IMG/VR virus record: IMGVR_UViG_3300027986_000016 | Location: 1-44,069 of that record | Origin: a virus | Taxonomy: Duplodnaviria; Caudoviricetes | Reading direction: 5' to 3' (one strand) | DNA length: 44,069 bases | Part shown: positions 15,401-25,343 of the stretch, one piece after another | How the letters are laid out: each line of letters starts with the position of its first letter | Numbering within the stretch: the first letter of the stretch is position 1 | Notes under the pieces: model-generated | The model's input: only the letters and a program-made list of their open reading frames with translations | What the model was told of the DNA's origin: nothing | Database searches by the model: none | Program-made: the position numbers and the translations under genes

Positions 15401-18108
15401 CGTCGTACCTCCAGTCGTACGCGACCGCGAATCAGACGCACGAGAGCCACCTGCAAACGATCCTCCAGAACTTCGAGACGACCTTCCAGACCGACCTGGC
15501 GAACTTCCAGGCTCACACTGCCGAACAGCAGGCAAAGGCGGCTGCCGACCTCCAGACCCACAGAGATGTCATGCAGGCCCTTCAGGCGCGAGAACAGGCA
15601 GCACTGCAAACGATCGAGACGAACAACGCTCACCACAATCAGGAATGGGTTAACCAGCACAAGGCCGCACTGCTCGAAGCCTACCAGCGCGAGGTTGCCC
15701 TGGAGAACAACCGTTACCAGAACACCATCGCCGCTGAGACGCGAGCCGCGCAGAACCAGGACTCCGCGTTCAATCGTCAGGTCGCGACTCTCGATGCGCA
15801 GACGCTGAACAAGGTGCAGGCCGAAACCAGAGCATACGACGACTCGATCGCGAAGCTGAACGCTGCCCACCGACTGCACGAAGTCAAGATCGAGGAGGCG
15901 CTCCAGAACCACGTGGAGTCTCTACGCCAAACGCTAGAGAAAAACATTGCGGCAGAGGACGCACGCCACGCCAAGAACCTCGCTGACTTTGTTCGTGTCT
16001 TCGACAACGCAGCCGCCAAGATTGGCGACGCCATGACCAAGGACAGTTCGCCGCACCAGATTCTGTCCAGCGTTCAGAGCATGACGCAGCAGCACTACAA
16101 CGACGCGCTCGAAAAGGCGACCGTGGATATCTTGCTGCACGGCAAGGCAACCCAGAACGACATCGCCGCACTCCAGCGTGCCGCTGCCGAGCGAGACAAG
16201 GTCACGAAGGCGGAAGCTGATGCGGCTGCCATCTCGGGAACCGCAAAGACGGCCACGGCCAAGGGGCCGACCTTCCAGGGTGTGCTCCAGGCCGAAGACA
16301 AGGTCGTCGCCGCGCAGACAAAGGTCATCAGTGACAACACGACCGTCATCAAGGAACAGAGCGCGCTTCAGGTCGCGAGGATCGACAACGTAGCAACGGC
16401 CCTGAAGGATGCAACCGCTGTTATCACGCAGATGTCCAATGTCGCCACGGTCGCGGCAGACGGTCAGGTCAAGGCGATCCAGGACGCTTCGGCAGTTGCC
16501 AAGGCGCAGTTCGCACTGACAAGCGCCACGACCCCGGAACAAGTCGCTCTTGCGCAAGCCCAGCTTGAGCAAGCACAGAACAAGCAGTCGTCGGATGCTG
16601 CGATCCAGGCGGCAAATCTCACGGTGGCGCAGGACGAGCTAAAAGAAGCTCAGGACAAGGCGGCAAACGACCGCGCCATCGGCGCACAGCACCTAACGGT
16701 CCTGCACGACGCTATGACGGTCGCAAACCTTCAGCTTGATCTACAGAAGGACAATGTCAAGGTTGCGCTCGACCAGCTTACCGTTATGGGCAATATCGAG
16801 AAGGTTATGACGGGAGCGAGCGCCGCGCAGGACGCGGTGTTCCTCGATCAAGCTCAGATCGAGGCCGACAATGGCAAGATTGCGCAGGCGCAGGCGCAAC
16901 AGCAGATCGACATGAATAAAGAAGCCAGCATGACGGCGAACGCCAACGCTCAGGAAGCTCTCGACGCCTACAAGACGGAAGGAGACAAGGCGACCGCCGC
17001 CGCGCTAACCAATGCCCAGAAAATCCAGGAGGCAAAGGACCAGGCCCATGTGGATGCTCTCGGCCTGACCAGCAAGCTGGACACAGCCCAGGACAAGACC
17101 GCAACCCAGGTCTGGCAGACGCAGGACAAGATCACGCAAGAAGAGGCCAAGATGATCGACGCTAACACGGCGATCATCAAGGATAACTCCACGATGCTTG
17201 TCGATCAGATGGATGCGCTCGCTACGGCCATCCAGGATCAAACCAAGGTCCTAACTGCGCAGGGCGACGTTGCGAAGGCACAGGCGGACGGTCAGGTCAA
17301 GGCCATCACCGATGGGTCCGAAGTGTACAAGGCTCAGATGGCGATAGCCCACGCCACAGACGCTCAACAGCTTGCGCTGGCACAAGCCCAGCTTCGCGCC
17401 GCTCAGGACAAGCTGCGCTTCGACATGATGATCTCGTCGGCTGCCGTCGCGGTGGCAAACCAGCAGCTACGGCAAGCTATCGACAAGGCGCAAGAAGACG
17501 CCACGGACGCGCAACTCAAGCAGAAAGTCTTGCAAGACACGCTCGTCGTTGACCAACTAAAGGTCATTCTCCAGCAAGACCAGATCAGGCTGTCCCAGGA
17601 CCAACTCGTTGTCCTTGGCGATATCGCCGTGGCTCTTGGCGCGGCGACGGACGCTGAGAAGTTGATCGAGGCCGATAACCGCAAGATTGCTCAGGACAAC
17701 GCCAACATCGCGCAGGCCCAGCAGCAACTTGCGATCGACCAGGCCGCAGAAGCCGCCGCAGCCGCGCAGGCGAAGATTCAGGACGCTCAGGATGCGCAGG
17801 CTGTAGAGCTAGCGAAGCAGCAGCAGGCACAGATCGAACAGCAGGCCGCGATCCAGGAAGCGCAGGACAAGGCGCACGAGGATGCGATCAACGCTCAGAA
17901 GGCGACCGCAACAGCCGCTACTCAGATCACGACAGCCATCCAGGACACCAACCAAGAGCTACGGAACGACCTGGCGAAACTCCTGGAAATAGAAACCCTG
18001 GGCGCTAACGGGCTGGCTCGCCTCAATGTTGCTGGCGCTCCCTCGGGAACGAATATCATGAATGGCTGGGCGTCGGATTCGGCACGCCAGGCGGGGGCTC
18101 CAACCTAA
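12484..18108 (+). CDS. Tape measure protein
   Basis: About 1,875 aa; TP901-type N-terminal TMP domain; hydrophobic segments; long Ala/Gln coiled coil. GGAG RBS before GTG 12484. Confidence 0.95.
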   Translation: MDSSNNTLILEIIMKAVDQATAVIKSVVTELGAFGSSANLAAISLGVLGGAMLVHGVESAVKFQDAMMLVHTQAGATMEQVQGLTASVEQLALSPVGQSAEVLAQGLYHIESALQGAHGAILSNAAAMDVLKTAAEGARVGHANLETVTNGLIGVMVAFPQYLHNATAAMAELNAIIGSGNVRMGDLAQSIGTGVLPVFKEAGLTIQDYGAALATATDNAMPAEMAATRLRMTISLIEAPSVAATKALASIGIGQTQLASDLRQPNGLLNAVEDLKTHLENSGKTAVEQTAIIDSAFGRSRSSSMINLLIDEVGRLSSKYQQQADSVKNWASDVAAAESTVAARWDQFKEVISTLDMEIASALLPVLALAITGLKDVAQAVGSVLTISPGATAAIFAIAAAWAALNIVIIGGRLAADAWAFSLRNVLPVISHTGAVIGSTKDLALTMAAGFRQGTAAIGESSAASITDAQAKALEAASENELSKATALRMANTQKAIVVAETDAAMTEKAAAILNLNTISQKQNATEQEIATAKARLLAATTDAQAASVERLTAAEAVNTARAEYMAASNAQLALSQEIETAATVDATVATVGLDGALTTMYALLSPLIAVVAAVAGTIGLVVIAAAALTVGLYELYQHVQGVHDAIDGFVNYVKGDVIQAWRDFTGAVEFAVSKVGDFIGWMGSLLSHSHTWVMGIAAISKAFTDLISAIKDAVTWIGNFIGAMGNVAGAVISTVDPLHRQYQATEDAKKAAQTYSEVMGYGVSMNELAAKAGAGFAEQAEKQEAATKKLVVALKDYEAMLHQVAEDALGKIDAATAAAEASMTRWADTSIASAKRMSDGVIAEINKVSKQLGTPMGEMSLGSISNAAIGGSTNTGATQTAAGVEAYTKMAASLDKWDEAAQKLPEQFRAVFDANTTALQAKLTSAFDAMQGKITAENQRHETAIAALNKDEQTKVADAHKAAQQAMNNEQTSYLQSYATANQTHESHLQTILQNFETTFQTDLANFQAHTAEQQAKAAADLQTHRDVMQALQAREQAALQTIETNNAHHNQEWVNQHKAALLEAYQREVALENNRYQNTIAAETRAAQNQDSAFNRQVATLDAQTLNKVQAETRAYDDSIAKLNAAHRLHEVKIEEALQNHVESLRQTLEKNIAAEDARHAKNLADFVRVFDNAAAKIGDAMTKDSSPHQILSSVQSMTQQHYNDALEKATVDILLHGKATQNDIAALQRAAAERDKVTKAEADAAAISGTAKTATAKGPTFQGVLQAEDKVVAAQTKVISDNTTVIKEQSALQVARIDNVATALKDATAVITQMSNVATVAADGQVKAIQDASAVAKAQFALTSATTPEQVALAQAQLEQAQNKQSSDAAIQAANLTVAQDELKEAQDKAANDRAIGAQHLTVLHDAMTVANLQLDLQKDNVKVALDQLTVMGNIEKVMTGASAAQDAVFLDQAQIEADNGKIAQAQAQQQIDMNKEASMTANANAQEALDAYKTEGDKATAAALTNAQKIQEAKDQAHVDALGLTSKLDTAQDKTATQVWQTQDKITQEEAKMIDANTAIIKDNSTMLVDQMDALATAIQDQTKVLTAQGDVAKAQADGQVKAITDGSEVYKAQMAIAHATDAQQLALAQAQLRAAQDKLRFDMMISSAAVAVANQQLRQAIDKAQEDATDAQLKQKVLQDTLVVDQLKVILQQDQIRLSQDQLVVLGDIAVALGAATDAEKLIEADNRKIAQDNANIAQAQQQLAIDQAAEAAAAAQAKIQDAQDAQAVELAKQQQAQIEQQAAIQEAQDKAHEDAINAQKATATAATQITTAIQDTNQELRNDLAKLLEIETLGANGLARLNVAGAPSGTNIMNGWASDSARQAGAPT
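16297..17952 (+). repeat. Diverged 828-bp (276-aa) tandem duplication in the tape measure gene
   Basis: GC(A/G)GACGGTCAGGTCAAGGC(G/C)ATC at 16456 and 17284; colinear motifs ADGQVKAI, ALAQAQL, DQL-V-G-I, DN--IAQAQ, IQEA-D-AH-DA. Confidence 0.85.
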
Positions 18109-20600
18109 TGGCAACTCTCATCTCTGCGAACGCCGACGTCTCATGGGCTAAGTCGTTCCCGCATGTCCAACTCTTTCAGGTCATGGGGAACGGCCATTAT
18201 CTCGTGATCTACAAGGACACAACGTCCGGGAATCTGTACTACCGGACGAGTCCAGACAGCGGAGCGACCTGGACCGCAGCCACGGTACTGCCGGGGTCCC
18301 CCACACCTACGGGCCTGAGCACGGTTGACGTCATCAACGACGTTCTGTACATGTGGTACTCGGGAACGTCGATCCAGCTTTACACTGCGACGTTCAACGA
18401 CGCCACGAATCTGTTTGGCGCACAGACGGTCTACACCTATACCTTTACCGGGGTGACGAACTATCCCGCTCTCGATACGGTGTACGTCAGTGGCGTCTGG
18501 CACGTGACTTTCTCCAGCACCAGAGGGTCCGCGCGAAGTATCTGCCTGTTCCGCACTCCAGGCTTCGACAACACCCTGAACACCACGCAGCAGTTCGTGG
18601 ACCTGAATTACGCTCACGCCGGTGTCACCGGACTGCGCATCAAGGCCATCTCGGGCCAGTTGCATATCGCCTGGTACGATCCGGCGACTACCAAGCTGAT
18701 GCTCGCGCCGGTGACGCTAACCGCGAACTCGTACAACTACAACACCGCCAATCTTGAGACAGCAGCGACCATCTCGGATACCACCACGACGTTCGATCTC
18801 GTGGAGGAAATGAGCGGTCAGCAAACCTTCGTCCTGAACCAGAGCACGCTGCTTTACTCGCTGGCACGATCCGGCACGAACACCTACGGCCAACCTGTGC
18901 CGCTTCAGGGTCAGATCGTCAGCGGGCAAGCTCCCGCCACGCTGCTCAATGGCAACGACCTCTACGTTGGCTTCCAGACGACCATCAACCAGTCCAATGG
19001 CGAGACGTATATTGCCAAGCGTACAAGCTCGAAGTGGACCTTGCCACTGGTATTCGCTGGTGGGGCATCAACGGGCTTCCAGTACCCAATTTTGGCCCTT
19101 AACGTGGGCCTCTACGAAGATGCGTCGAACAATCTGTACTTCACAGGCTGGCAAACGAGCGCAGCACCCCTCGCACCGACGAATGTCGCGCCGGTTGGCA
19201 ACATCAGCACCCTGACGCCAACCGTCACCTGGCAGTCAAACCCTGGTGCGCCGAGCGACCCAACCAAGAGCCGTCAGATACAGGTCTACCGCGTCTCCGA
19301 CAACAACCTGATGTACGACTCAGGCGAAGTCGTTGGCAGCACACCATCTCTCGGCGTGCCTGGCGGTGCGTCGCTGGCGTACGGTATCGCCTACAAGGTT
19401 CAGGTCCGGGAAAAGGACTCGCTCTCAGCGTTGGGGGCCGGCACCTGGGGACCATACTCTGCGTTCGCGACCTTCACGCCACAGCAGGGAGCCACGCCGG
19501 CCATCACCAAGGTCACGTCTGGTGGGACGGCGTACACCTCGTTCCCTGCGACCATCGGCGCGGCGGATATCCAGGCTCACGTCACGTACACACAGACGAA
19601 CGGCGACGCGACGAATGCCTACCAGCTAGTCCTGTATGCCGCCGACAACGCGACGGTCGTGGCGAGCATGGCGATGACTACGTTGACGCCGTCTATCGCA
19701 TCGGGCGGCTCGTTCGACACGATCGACTGGACGCCGACCGGACTAACCAATGGCGGGACCTTCTACCTGTCGTGCAAGACGGCTGATGCTGTGACCGGCG
19801 TCATCAGTGAGTCGGCCCACGTACAGCTAAATGTTTCGTTCACGGCACCATCCAGCGTCACAGGACTCACCGCGACCGTGTTGAGCGATGTCGGGCAGGT
19901 GCAGTTGAACTGGACGAATCCCGGAGGCACGACCAGCGTTCTCATCGAGTGGCAGCCCTACACCGAGTCGGGCAAAGCTCTTGGCTGGCAGCAACTAGGC
20001 CCGTCAGGGCAACTCTGGAATCAGCTAATCACCACGAACCAGGCTCCACAATGCAAGGCTGACTACCGCGTCACCGCGATTAACTCACTCGGCCTCAAGT
20101 CCACGCCTACGGTGGTTAGCGGCGTCTTGCTCAACAACGCCCTCGACTATGCCGGCATCTGGTTGAACGATATCAACGATCCGCTCAACACGCGCTTCTA
20201 TTGCGGCTACGTGGAGAATTGGGACTCGCTGAAGCGCGACCTCATCTGGGACATGGTGGAGTGGGTCCCCCAGGGCGCGCAACTGCCGGTGCAGACCTTC
20301 GGCCTCAAGAGCTACTGGATTCTCGGCACCTCGAACGCGCTCAAGGTTTTCTTGCCGTCGCAGGAAACCGACGCTGTGGGCAACGTCTACTACGGTGCAG
20401 ACAATCGCGACATGGCGATCTCGATGGCGAACAGCCACAACGTCCTGACCTATCGTGACCGCCGATTTCCCGTCCCGATCTTTGTGAAGTTCGCTCAGTA
20501 CGAGGATCAGCCGAACGACGACATCAACACTGACATGGTTCTAGAGCTACACCAGACGGCGTACTTTGGGGGCTTGCCAGTCGTCGGGTCACTGCACTAG
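18108..20600 (+). CDS. Minor tail/distal tail protein with BNR propeller and Fn3-like domains
   Basis: Asp-box YRTSPDSGATW; Fn3 patterns (APTNVAP..VTWQ..YKVQVR; VTGLTA..LNWTNP..YRVTAIN). Directly after the tape measure gene. Confidence 0.75.
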   Translation: MATLISANADVSWAKSFPHVQLFQVMGNGHYLVIYKDTTSGNLYYRTSPDSGATWTAATVLPGSPTPTGLSTVDVINDVLYMWYSGTSIQLYTATFNDATNLFGAQTVYTYTFTGVTNYPALDTVYVSGVWHVTFSSTRGSARSICLFRTPGFDNTLNTTQQFVDLNYAHAGVTGLRIKAISGQLHIAWYDPATTKLMLAPVTLTANSYNYNTANLETAATISDTTTTFDLVEEMSGQQTFVLNQSTLLYSLARSGTNTYGQPVPLQGQIVSGQAPATLLNGNDLYVGFQTTINQSNGETYIAKRTSSKWTLPLVFAGGASTGFQYPILALNVGLYEDASNNLYFTGWQTSAAPLAPTNVAPVGNISTLTPTVTWQSNPGAPSDPTKSRQIQVYRVSDNNLMYDSGEVVGSTPSLGVPGGASLAYGIAYKVQVREKDSLSALGAGTWGPYSAFATFTPQQGATPAITKVTSGGTAYTSFPATIGAADIQAHVTYTQTNGDATNAYQLVLYAADNATVVASMAMTTLTPSIASGGSFDTIDWTPTGLTNGGTFYLSCKTADAVTGVISESAHVQLNVSFTAPSSVTGLTATVLSDVGQVQLNWTNPGGTTSVLIEWQPYTESGKALGWQQLGPSGQLWNQLITTNQAPQCKADYRVTAINSLGLKSTPTVVSGVLLNNALDYAGIWLNDINDPLNTRFYCGYVENWDSLKRDLIWDMVEWVPQGAQLPVQTFGLKSYWILGTSNALKVFLPSQETDAVGNVYYGADNRDMAISMANSHNVLTYRDRRFPVPIFVKFAQYEDQPNDDINTDMVLELHQTAYFGGLPVVGSLH

Positions 20601-20608
20601 GAGCATTC

Positions 20609-23074
20609 ATGCAGAATCCAGCGAACTTCATCAACGCTGACTTCCCCACGGTGCAGTCCGTGGTTGGACTTGCCATGAACCCGCGATGGACAAAGGGCAT
20701 GGCGATCGTGCCGCAGGCGAGGCTACTCGACCTGAACCTCAACCCTGTGGCATTGCCGGTGCCTCTCACCGCGAGCGATCCTACAGCCCTATGCGCCGTG
20801 AACAATACCGGCTACATCCAGGACGTTGTGGTGTCGATGAACACCAAGGACGACGTTCAGCGAAGCTGTAAGTTTACGCTCTTCGAGTTTCCTGGCATTG
20901 GACAGTTCAACACGCTCAAGAACCTCGTGAAGATATCAGCGCAGTACTACTACATCGAGAAGACCGGACCACGCTTGGTGAACGAGATTCCTGTAGGTAT
21001 CTTCATGTTCACGATCCCTGACCGAACGCTGAACGATACCGGCAACATCTGGCAGATCACCGGACACAGTCTGCTCCAGATCGTGAACGACCTCGGCTTC
21101 GAGAACGACTACGTGATCCCGCAGGGCATCGACATCGTGCAGGCGGCGGTCGGGATGCTCATGGCCGACAAGCTCAATCCCGTCATGGGAGGGAGACAGC
21201 CGGCGCGGGCGTGCGGCGGAACAGGCGGATGCGTCGGATGCTTGCCGCCATCCGGGACGGGCACCGGCTCAGGCTACGCGCAGCAGGGCTATGCCACGAC
21301 GGACCCGCTAGCAGCCATGTCGCCAGTCGCCAGCAGCACGCAGTTGCGCCAGAGAGGAGCCACAGGCTTTGGGTCGCTCGTGCAGTACAACACGACGGTG
21401 GGTATGAAGATCGACGCGCCGTCAGGCGCTCCGATTGATCCCTGGACGTGCAAGCCGATGCCGGTGCAAACCATCAATCCGGCTCAGGTCTGGAGTGCTG
21501 TCCCTGGCGAGATGTCTCCCGGCACGATGGTTCCCGGAGAGCCGGGTACTGCCATCGGGCCGTTCCCTGCGTTCGTACTCTCGCAGCTAAATCAAGCCGG
21601 CAACCAGATGTACATGGACACGACCACCGGCAAGGTCTACGACACCGTAACCGGGGCCGAAAACGACCCTGTACGCGGTATTCCGGGCACAGTGCTGACT
21701 CCCACCCTATTCAAGCAAGCTCTCCCTCTCAGCTTCGGGAAAGGCGGCGGCGATGGCGGTCTGGCGGTTGCGCAGAGCAACACGCGCGGATACGCAACAT
21801 CCTTCGGATGGTCCGTGGCCGACACGGCGCACGCGCTGACTCAGCAGGCGGCTCCTGGGTCAGCGACCTACCTGCATTGGGTCCCGGAAGCCGGTCGCGT
21901 TGTGCAGTTCTACTATGTCGCCGGCTCGACCGGAATGAAGATCGACGGCGTCACCGGACACCCGATCGACCCGTGGAATTTTCAGCCGATGCCCTACGCA
22001 TCGACCGGGAGCGGCCCGCAGCAGTCCTGGGCTGGCGATCTCTTCCAGGCGAGCGTTCTGTATAGCGGGTCCACGATGTACCTGGACCCGAGCACAGCGA
22101 AGTTCTACACCTGGGACGGTGTCCAGTCCGCAGGGCACCTGACCGAAGTGCATCCGCAATGGAACGGTACGACGCCAACGTATCCGCAGACGGTCTTTCA
22201 ACTCGCCGGTGGCGACGGTGGCGTCTCGACGCTCCCTCCCGGAGCTATCGGGCCGCAGACAGGCGGCGTTGGAGCATACGTGTGGCCTGACCCGAACGCA
22301 CCTGGATTGACGCCTAGCTGTTGTCCGCACTCCGGGCCGAACATCCCGGCCTGGCGCATCTTCGCCGTGCCGTCGCCGCAGACGGTTCTCGATCCCGACT
22401 CGCTCAAGACTGTCAAGGGCGATCCACACACCAAGGACACGCTGCCCTTCACGCCGAAAGACAATCAGCTTAAGAGCCTGAACAACCTCCTGGCTACAGC
22501 GAACTACTGGCCGCTGTACGACGATGAGTCGGGAAACTTCTACCTCGCTCCTCTCCCGTACCTGGACGGCAGTATGCCGCAGGCTGATCCCAACTTCAAG
22601 TACCAGACAGCGGTGGATGGTGTCATCGTCCCTGGAGTGGTTCAGAAGCTACTCGATCAGACAGCTATAGCTAACAAGGTTGTCGTACGATCCGAGAACA
22701 CCAAGCGAGCGTCACTGACAGCAGTTGCGTACAACACGTCAGACTACTCGTACATCTCGATTCAGAATCTTGGCCGTGTTGTGCAGAAGCAACCGGCGAT
22801 CCAACTTGACACCATCACTGACCAGAGCGTGCTGCAACTGCGGGCGTTCATCGAAGTGAACCTGGCCGCGCTACCCGCTGAGTCGATCGAGATGACGGTA
22901 CAGCTAAACCCCTTCTTGCAGGTTCACGACGTCCTGGCGCTGACCATCTGGAGTCCAGACGGCAAGACCCTTGAAGTCAGCACGCAGTCCAATCCGTTTC
23001 TCGTAACATCGTGGGAGCACGACTTTGCCAAGCGTCAGACTAAGATGGTGCTCGGAAGGTTGGTGCCTCTATGA
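20609..23074 (+). CDS. Tail-tip hub (Tal-like) protein with large internal insertion
   Basis: DDVQRSCKF..PVGIF..ITGHSL N-terminus; LYDDESGNF..IANKVVV..PFLQVHDV..VTSWEH C-terminus; typical of hub proteins. Confidence 0.7.
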   Translation: MQNPANFINADFPTVQSVVGLAMNPRWTKGMAIVPQARLLDLNLNPVALPVPLTASDPTALCAVNNTGYIQDVVVSMNTKDDVQRSCKFTLFEFPGIGQFNTLKNLVKISAQYYYIEKTGPRLVNEIPVGIFMFTIPDRTLNDTGNIWQITGHSLLQIVNDLGFENDYVIPQGIDIVQAAVGMLMADKLNPVMGGRQPARACGGTGGCVGCLPPSGTGTGSGYAQQGYATTDPLAAMSPVASSTQLRQRGATGFGSLVQYNTTVGMKIDAPSGAPIDPWTCKPMPVQTINPAQVWSAVPGEMSPGTMVPGEPGTAIGPFPAFVLSQLNQAGNQMYMDTTTGKVYDTVTGAENDPVRGIPGTVLTPTLFKQALPLSFGKGGGDGGLAVAQSNTRGYATSFGWSVADTAHALTQQAAPGSATYLHWVPEAGRVVQFYYVAGSTGMKIDGVTGHPIDPWNFQPMPYASTGSGPQQSWAGDLFQASVLYSGSTMYLDPSTAKFYTWDGVQSAGHLTEVHPQWNGTTPTYPQTVFQLAGGDGGVSTLPPGAIGPQTGGVGAYVWPDPNAPGLTPSCCPHSGPNIPAWRIFAVPSPQTVLDPDSLKTVKGDPHTKDTLPFTPKDNQLKSLNNLLATANYWPLYDDESGNFYLAPLPYLDGSMPQADPNFKYQTAVDGVIVPGVVQKLLDQTAIANKVVVRSENTKRASLTAVAYNTSDYSYISIQNLGRVVQKQPAIQLDTITDQSVLQLRAFIEVNLAALPAESIEMTVQLNPFLQVHDVLALTIWSPDGKTLEVSTQSNPFLVTSWEHDFAKRQTKMVLGRLVPL

Positions 23075-25332
23075 ACGCCGTACGCGCTGCGACCGTCGCC
23101 GCCATGACAGGTGGTGTTGCGGAGGGTAACGGGCGTATCCGCTCGGGTGCGTACGACGTTTCTCCGGTGGCGTTGATCGCGGATCACCAGTGGCGCACGC
23201 TCTTTCCGTACCTCAAGCCAACCAGTCGCGCGCAGGTGGTCGGGCAAGGCTCGGATATTCACTTCTTGTCGGTGACGTCCTACGCCTGCGACAACCCAAC
23301 CGGCGCGGACCTCGCGGTGATTACGCCTATATACACGCCGCAGCTTTACGACTCGTACGGGAACACCATCGACGGCTCGCCGTTTAACTCGGACGTGCAG
23401 AACCTGGACATAACTCCCGGCAACACCGCAGCTATCGGCGTTCACGGTCAGGGAGGTAAGCGTCTGCCATTCATCAACCAACTGGTTCCCGGTAGAGGCA
23501 TCAAGCCAACGCCATACGGTTTCTACGACTATAAAAAGCCGCCCGATAGCTCTATATACATCATGACCCCGCCGCAGGGTAAGAACGCTCCAGGGACGGT
23601 CTACAAAAACCCGAATGCGCTCGACAAGGTTGTGAACCGCCCATTGATCGACGTCTACCTTGGACGAGGACTGACGTACGATACCGAGGACACGACAGGC
23701 TTCACGCCGATCATGGTCAAGGCGGGGCGCGGCCTCGCGTTCTCCGCTCCCGATCCGAACGACAACGGGCAGCGTTTCCTCCAGGTCGATCCCGCAGGGA
23801 GCGGTATTCTCCAACTCGCCGCTGGCCCAGCTATCGCCATCGACCCGCCGACCCCGCCAACCATCGCCAGCGTGACGCCTGTTCAGACAGACGGCACTGG
23901 CGCGAACGATCTCGGCACGCACGAGTATGGAGCGACTTACACCACGACCGACAGTAAAGAGAGCATGATCTCTGCCGGCGTCCAGACGTTCAACTCACCA
24001 GGCTTCGAAGCTAACGCCGTCGTCATCAATGCCGTCCCAACGCCGCCGCAGATCATCAACGGGCTGAATCTCTATCGGACTAAGGTGGTTGACACGCAAA
24101 CGACTTTCTACAAGATCGCGTCCTTCACCAGAGCACAGATCATCGCAGGCATCTCGTACGACGACAATGTCGCGGACTCGGCTCTTGGCGCGGCGTATAC
24201 CGGATCGAATCCATCCCTGGTGAGCGTTGAGCTTGCGACCGTAGCTGGCGCGAACGTATCGGGCCTTGTTGAGAACGCTGGCGACGACACCAACGGACTG
24301 AAGGTAAACGTGGATGGCACGACCGTGACCATCAATAGTTCAAACCAGCTTGTCGCATCGGGCGGCAGTGGCGGCGGTGGCGGCGGCGCTTCCGTGGGCG
24401 AGGTTGCCAAAGTGGTGGCGACGCATCCGAACTATCTCGGCGCTGCCGTGATCCCAGCAGCCACGATCGCAGCCGGCACGAACCTCAACTGGAGCAACAA
24501 CCTCTACGATGCGACTTCGGGCCTCATGCACGATACCGTGACGCACAGTGATCGCTTCGTCGTGCGACAACTCGGCTGGTACAAGGTCACGTTCTGCGGG
24601 CAGTTTCAGAGCAAGTGCGGCCCTGTCTTCGACGCTGCTATCTACCTTAACGACAACTACCAGATAGCTCAGGACTCGCAGCAACTTGGCGGCGACGCTG
24701 ACTCCACGACCGTCTATCACTCCACTGAATGCATTGGCGTTTGCTACGCCAAGCCTGGTGACTACTTCACCGCCTATGTTCAGCAGACCGCGAATGTCTC
24801 CACAAGCTGCACGATCGAAACGGGCACAGAGGCGTCCGGTGGTGACTTCTTTACTGATGGCTGCATGTTCATGGTTGAGCAGCTACAGCCGCCAGCGTCA
24901 TCTTCCGCAAATGCGTTAGGCCATGCGGTCGCGGCGCGCAACAACTCATGGCCCATGCCGTCGAGCACACCTCAAGCGATCCCCTGGCCGACGAACATCG
25001 TGGACACCGATTCTTTCTGGACGCCTAGCAGCACCAAGCTCACCGTTCCGGTAAAGGGCATCTACCGATTCACCGCGTTCACCACCAGCGGTGGAGTGCT
25101 CTCTGGTGCGCCGTTCGAGTGGTATCTGAACATGCGCGTCAATGGGGCCGACCCCTGGACAGGAGGAGCTACGGTCTACGGTGGCGAAGTCTCGTCCGAG
25201 AATGTCAATGATCTCGCAATCTCCGGGTTGGTTGCTCTCAACGCGGGAGATTACGTCGAGTTTTATATGTGGTCAACGAATAGCTCTGCGCCTACAATGA
25301 TGGTGCAGGCCGCTCTAGAAGGCGTGGCGTAG
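23071..25332 (+). CDS. Minor tail/fibre protein with C-terminal C1q-like beta domains
   Basis: LKVNVDGTTVTINSSNQL fibre motif; Gly linker; TKLTVPVKGIYRF..LVALNAGDYVEFY C1q/TNF-like pattern, present twice. Confidence 0.75.
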   Translation: MNAVRAATVAAMTGGVAEGNGRIRSGAYDVSPVALIADHQWRTLFPYLKPTSRAQVVGQGSDIHFLSVTSYACDNPTGADLAVITPIYTPQLYDSYGNTIDGSPFNSDVQNLDITPGNTAAIGVHGQGGKRLPFINQLVPGRGIKPTPYGFYDYKKPPDSSIYIMTPPQGKNAPGTVYKNPNALDKVVNRPLIDVYLGRGLTYDTEDTTGFTPIMVKAGRGLAFSAPDPNDNGQRFLQVDPAGSGILQLAAGPAIAIDPPTPPTIASVTPVQTDGTGANDLGTHEYGATYTTTDSKESMISAGVQTFNSPGFEANAVVINAVPTPPQIINGLNLYRTKVVDTQTTFYKIASFTRAQIIAGISYDDNVADSALGAAYTGSNPSLVSVELATVAGANVSGLVENAGDDTNGLKVNVDGTTVTINSSNQLVASGGSGGGGGGASVGEVAKVVATHPNYLGAAVIPAATIAAGTNLNWSNNLYDATSGLMHDTVTHSDRFVVRQLGWYKVTFCGQFQSKCGPVFDAAIYLNDNYQIAQDSQQLGGDADSTTVYHSTECIGVCYAKPGDYFTAYVQQTANVSTSCTIETGTEASGGDFFTDGCMFMVEQLQPPASSSANALGHAVAARNNSWPMPSSTPQAIPWPTNIVDTDSFWTPSSTKLTVPVKGIYRFTAFTTSGGVLSGAPFEWYLNMRVNGADPWTGGATVYGGEVSSENVNDLAISGLVALNAGDYVEFYMWSTNSSAPTMMVQAALEGVA

Positions 25333-25343
25333 GAGGCGATGAC

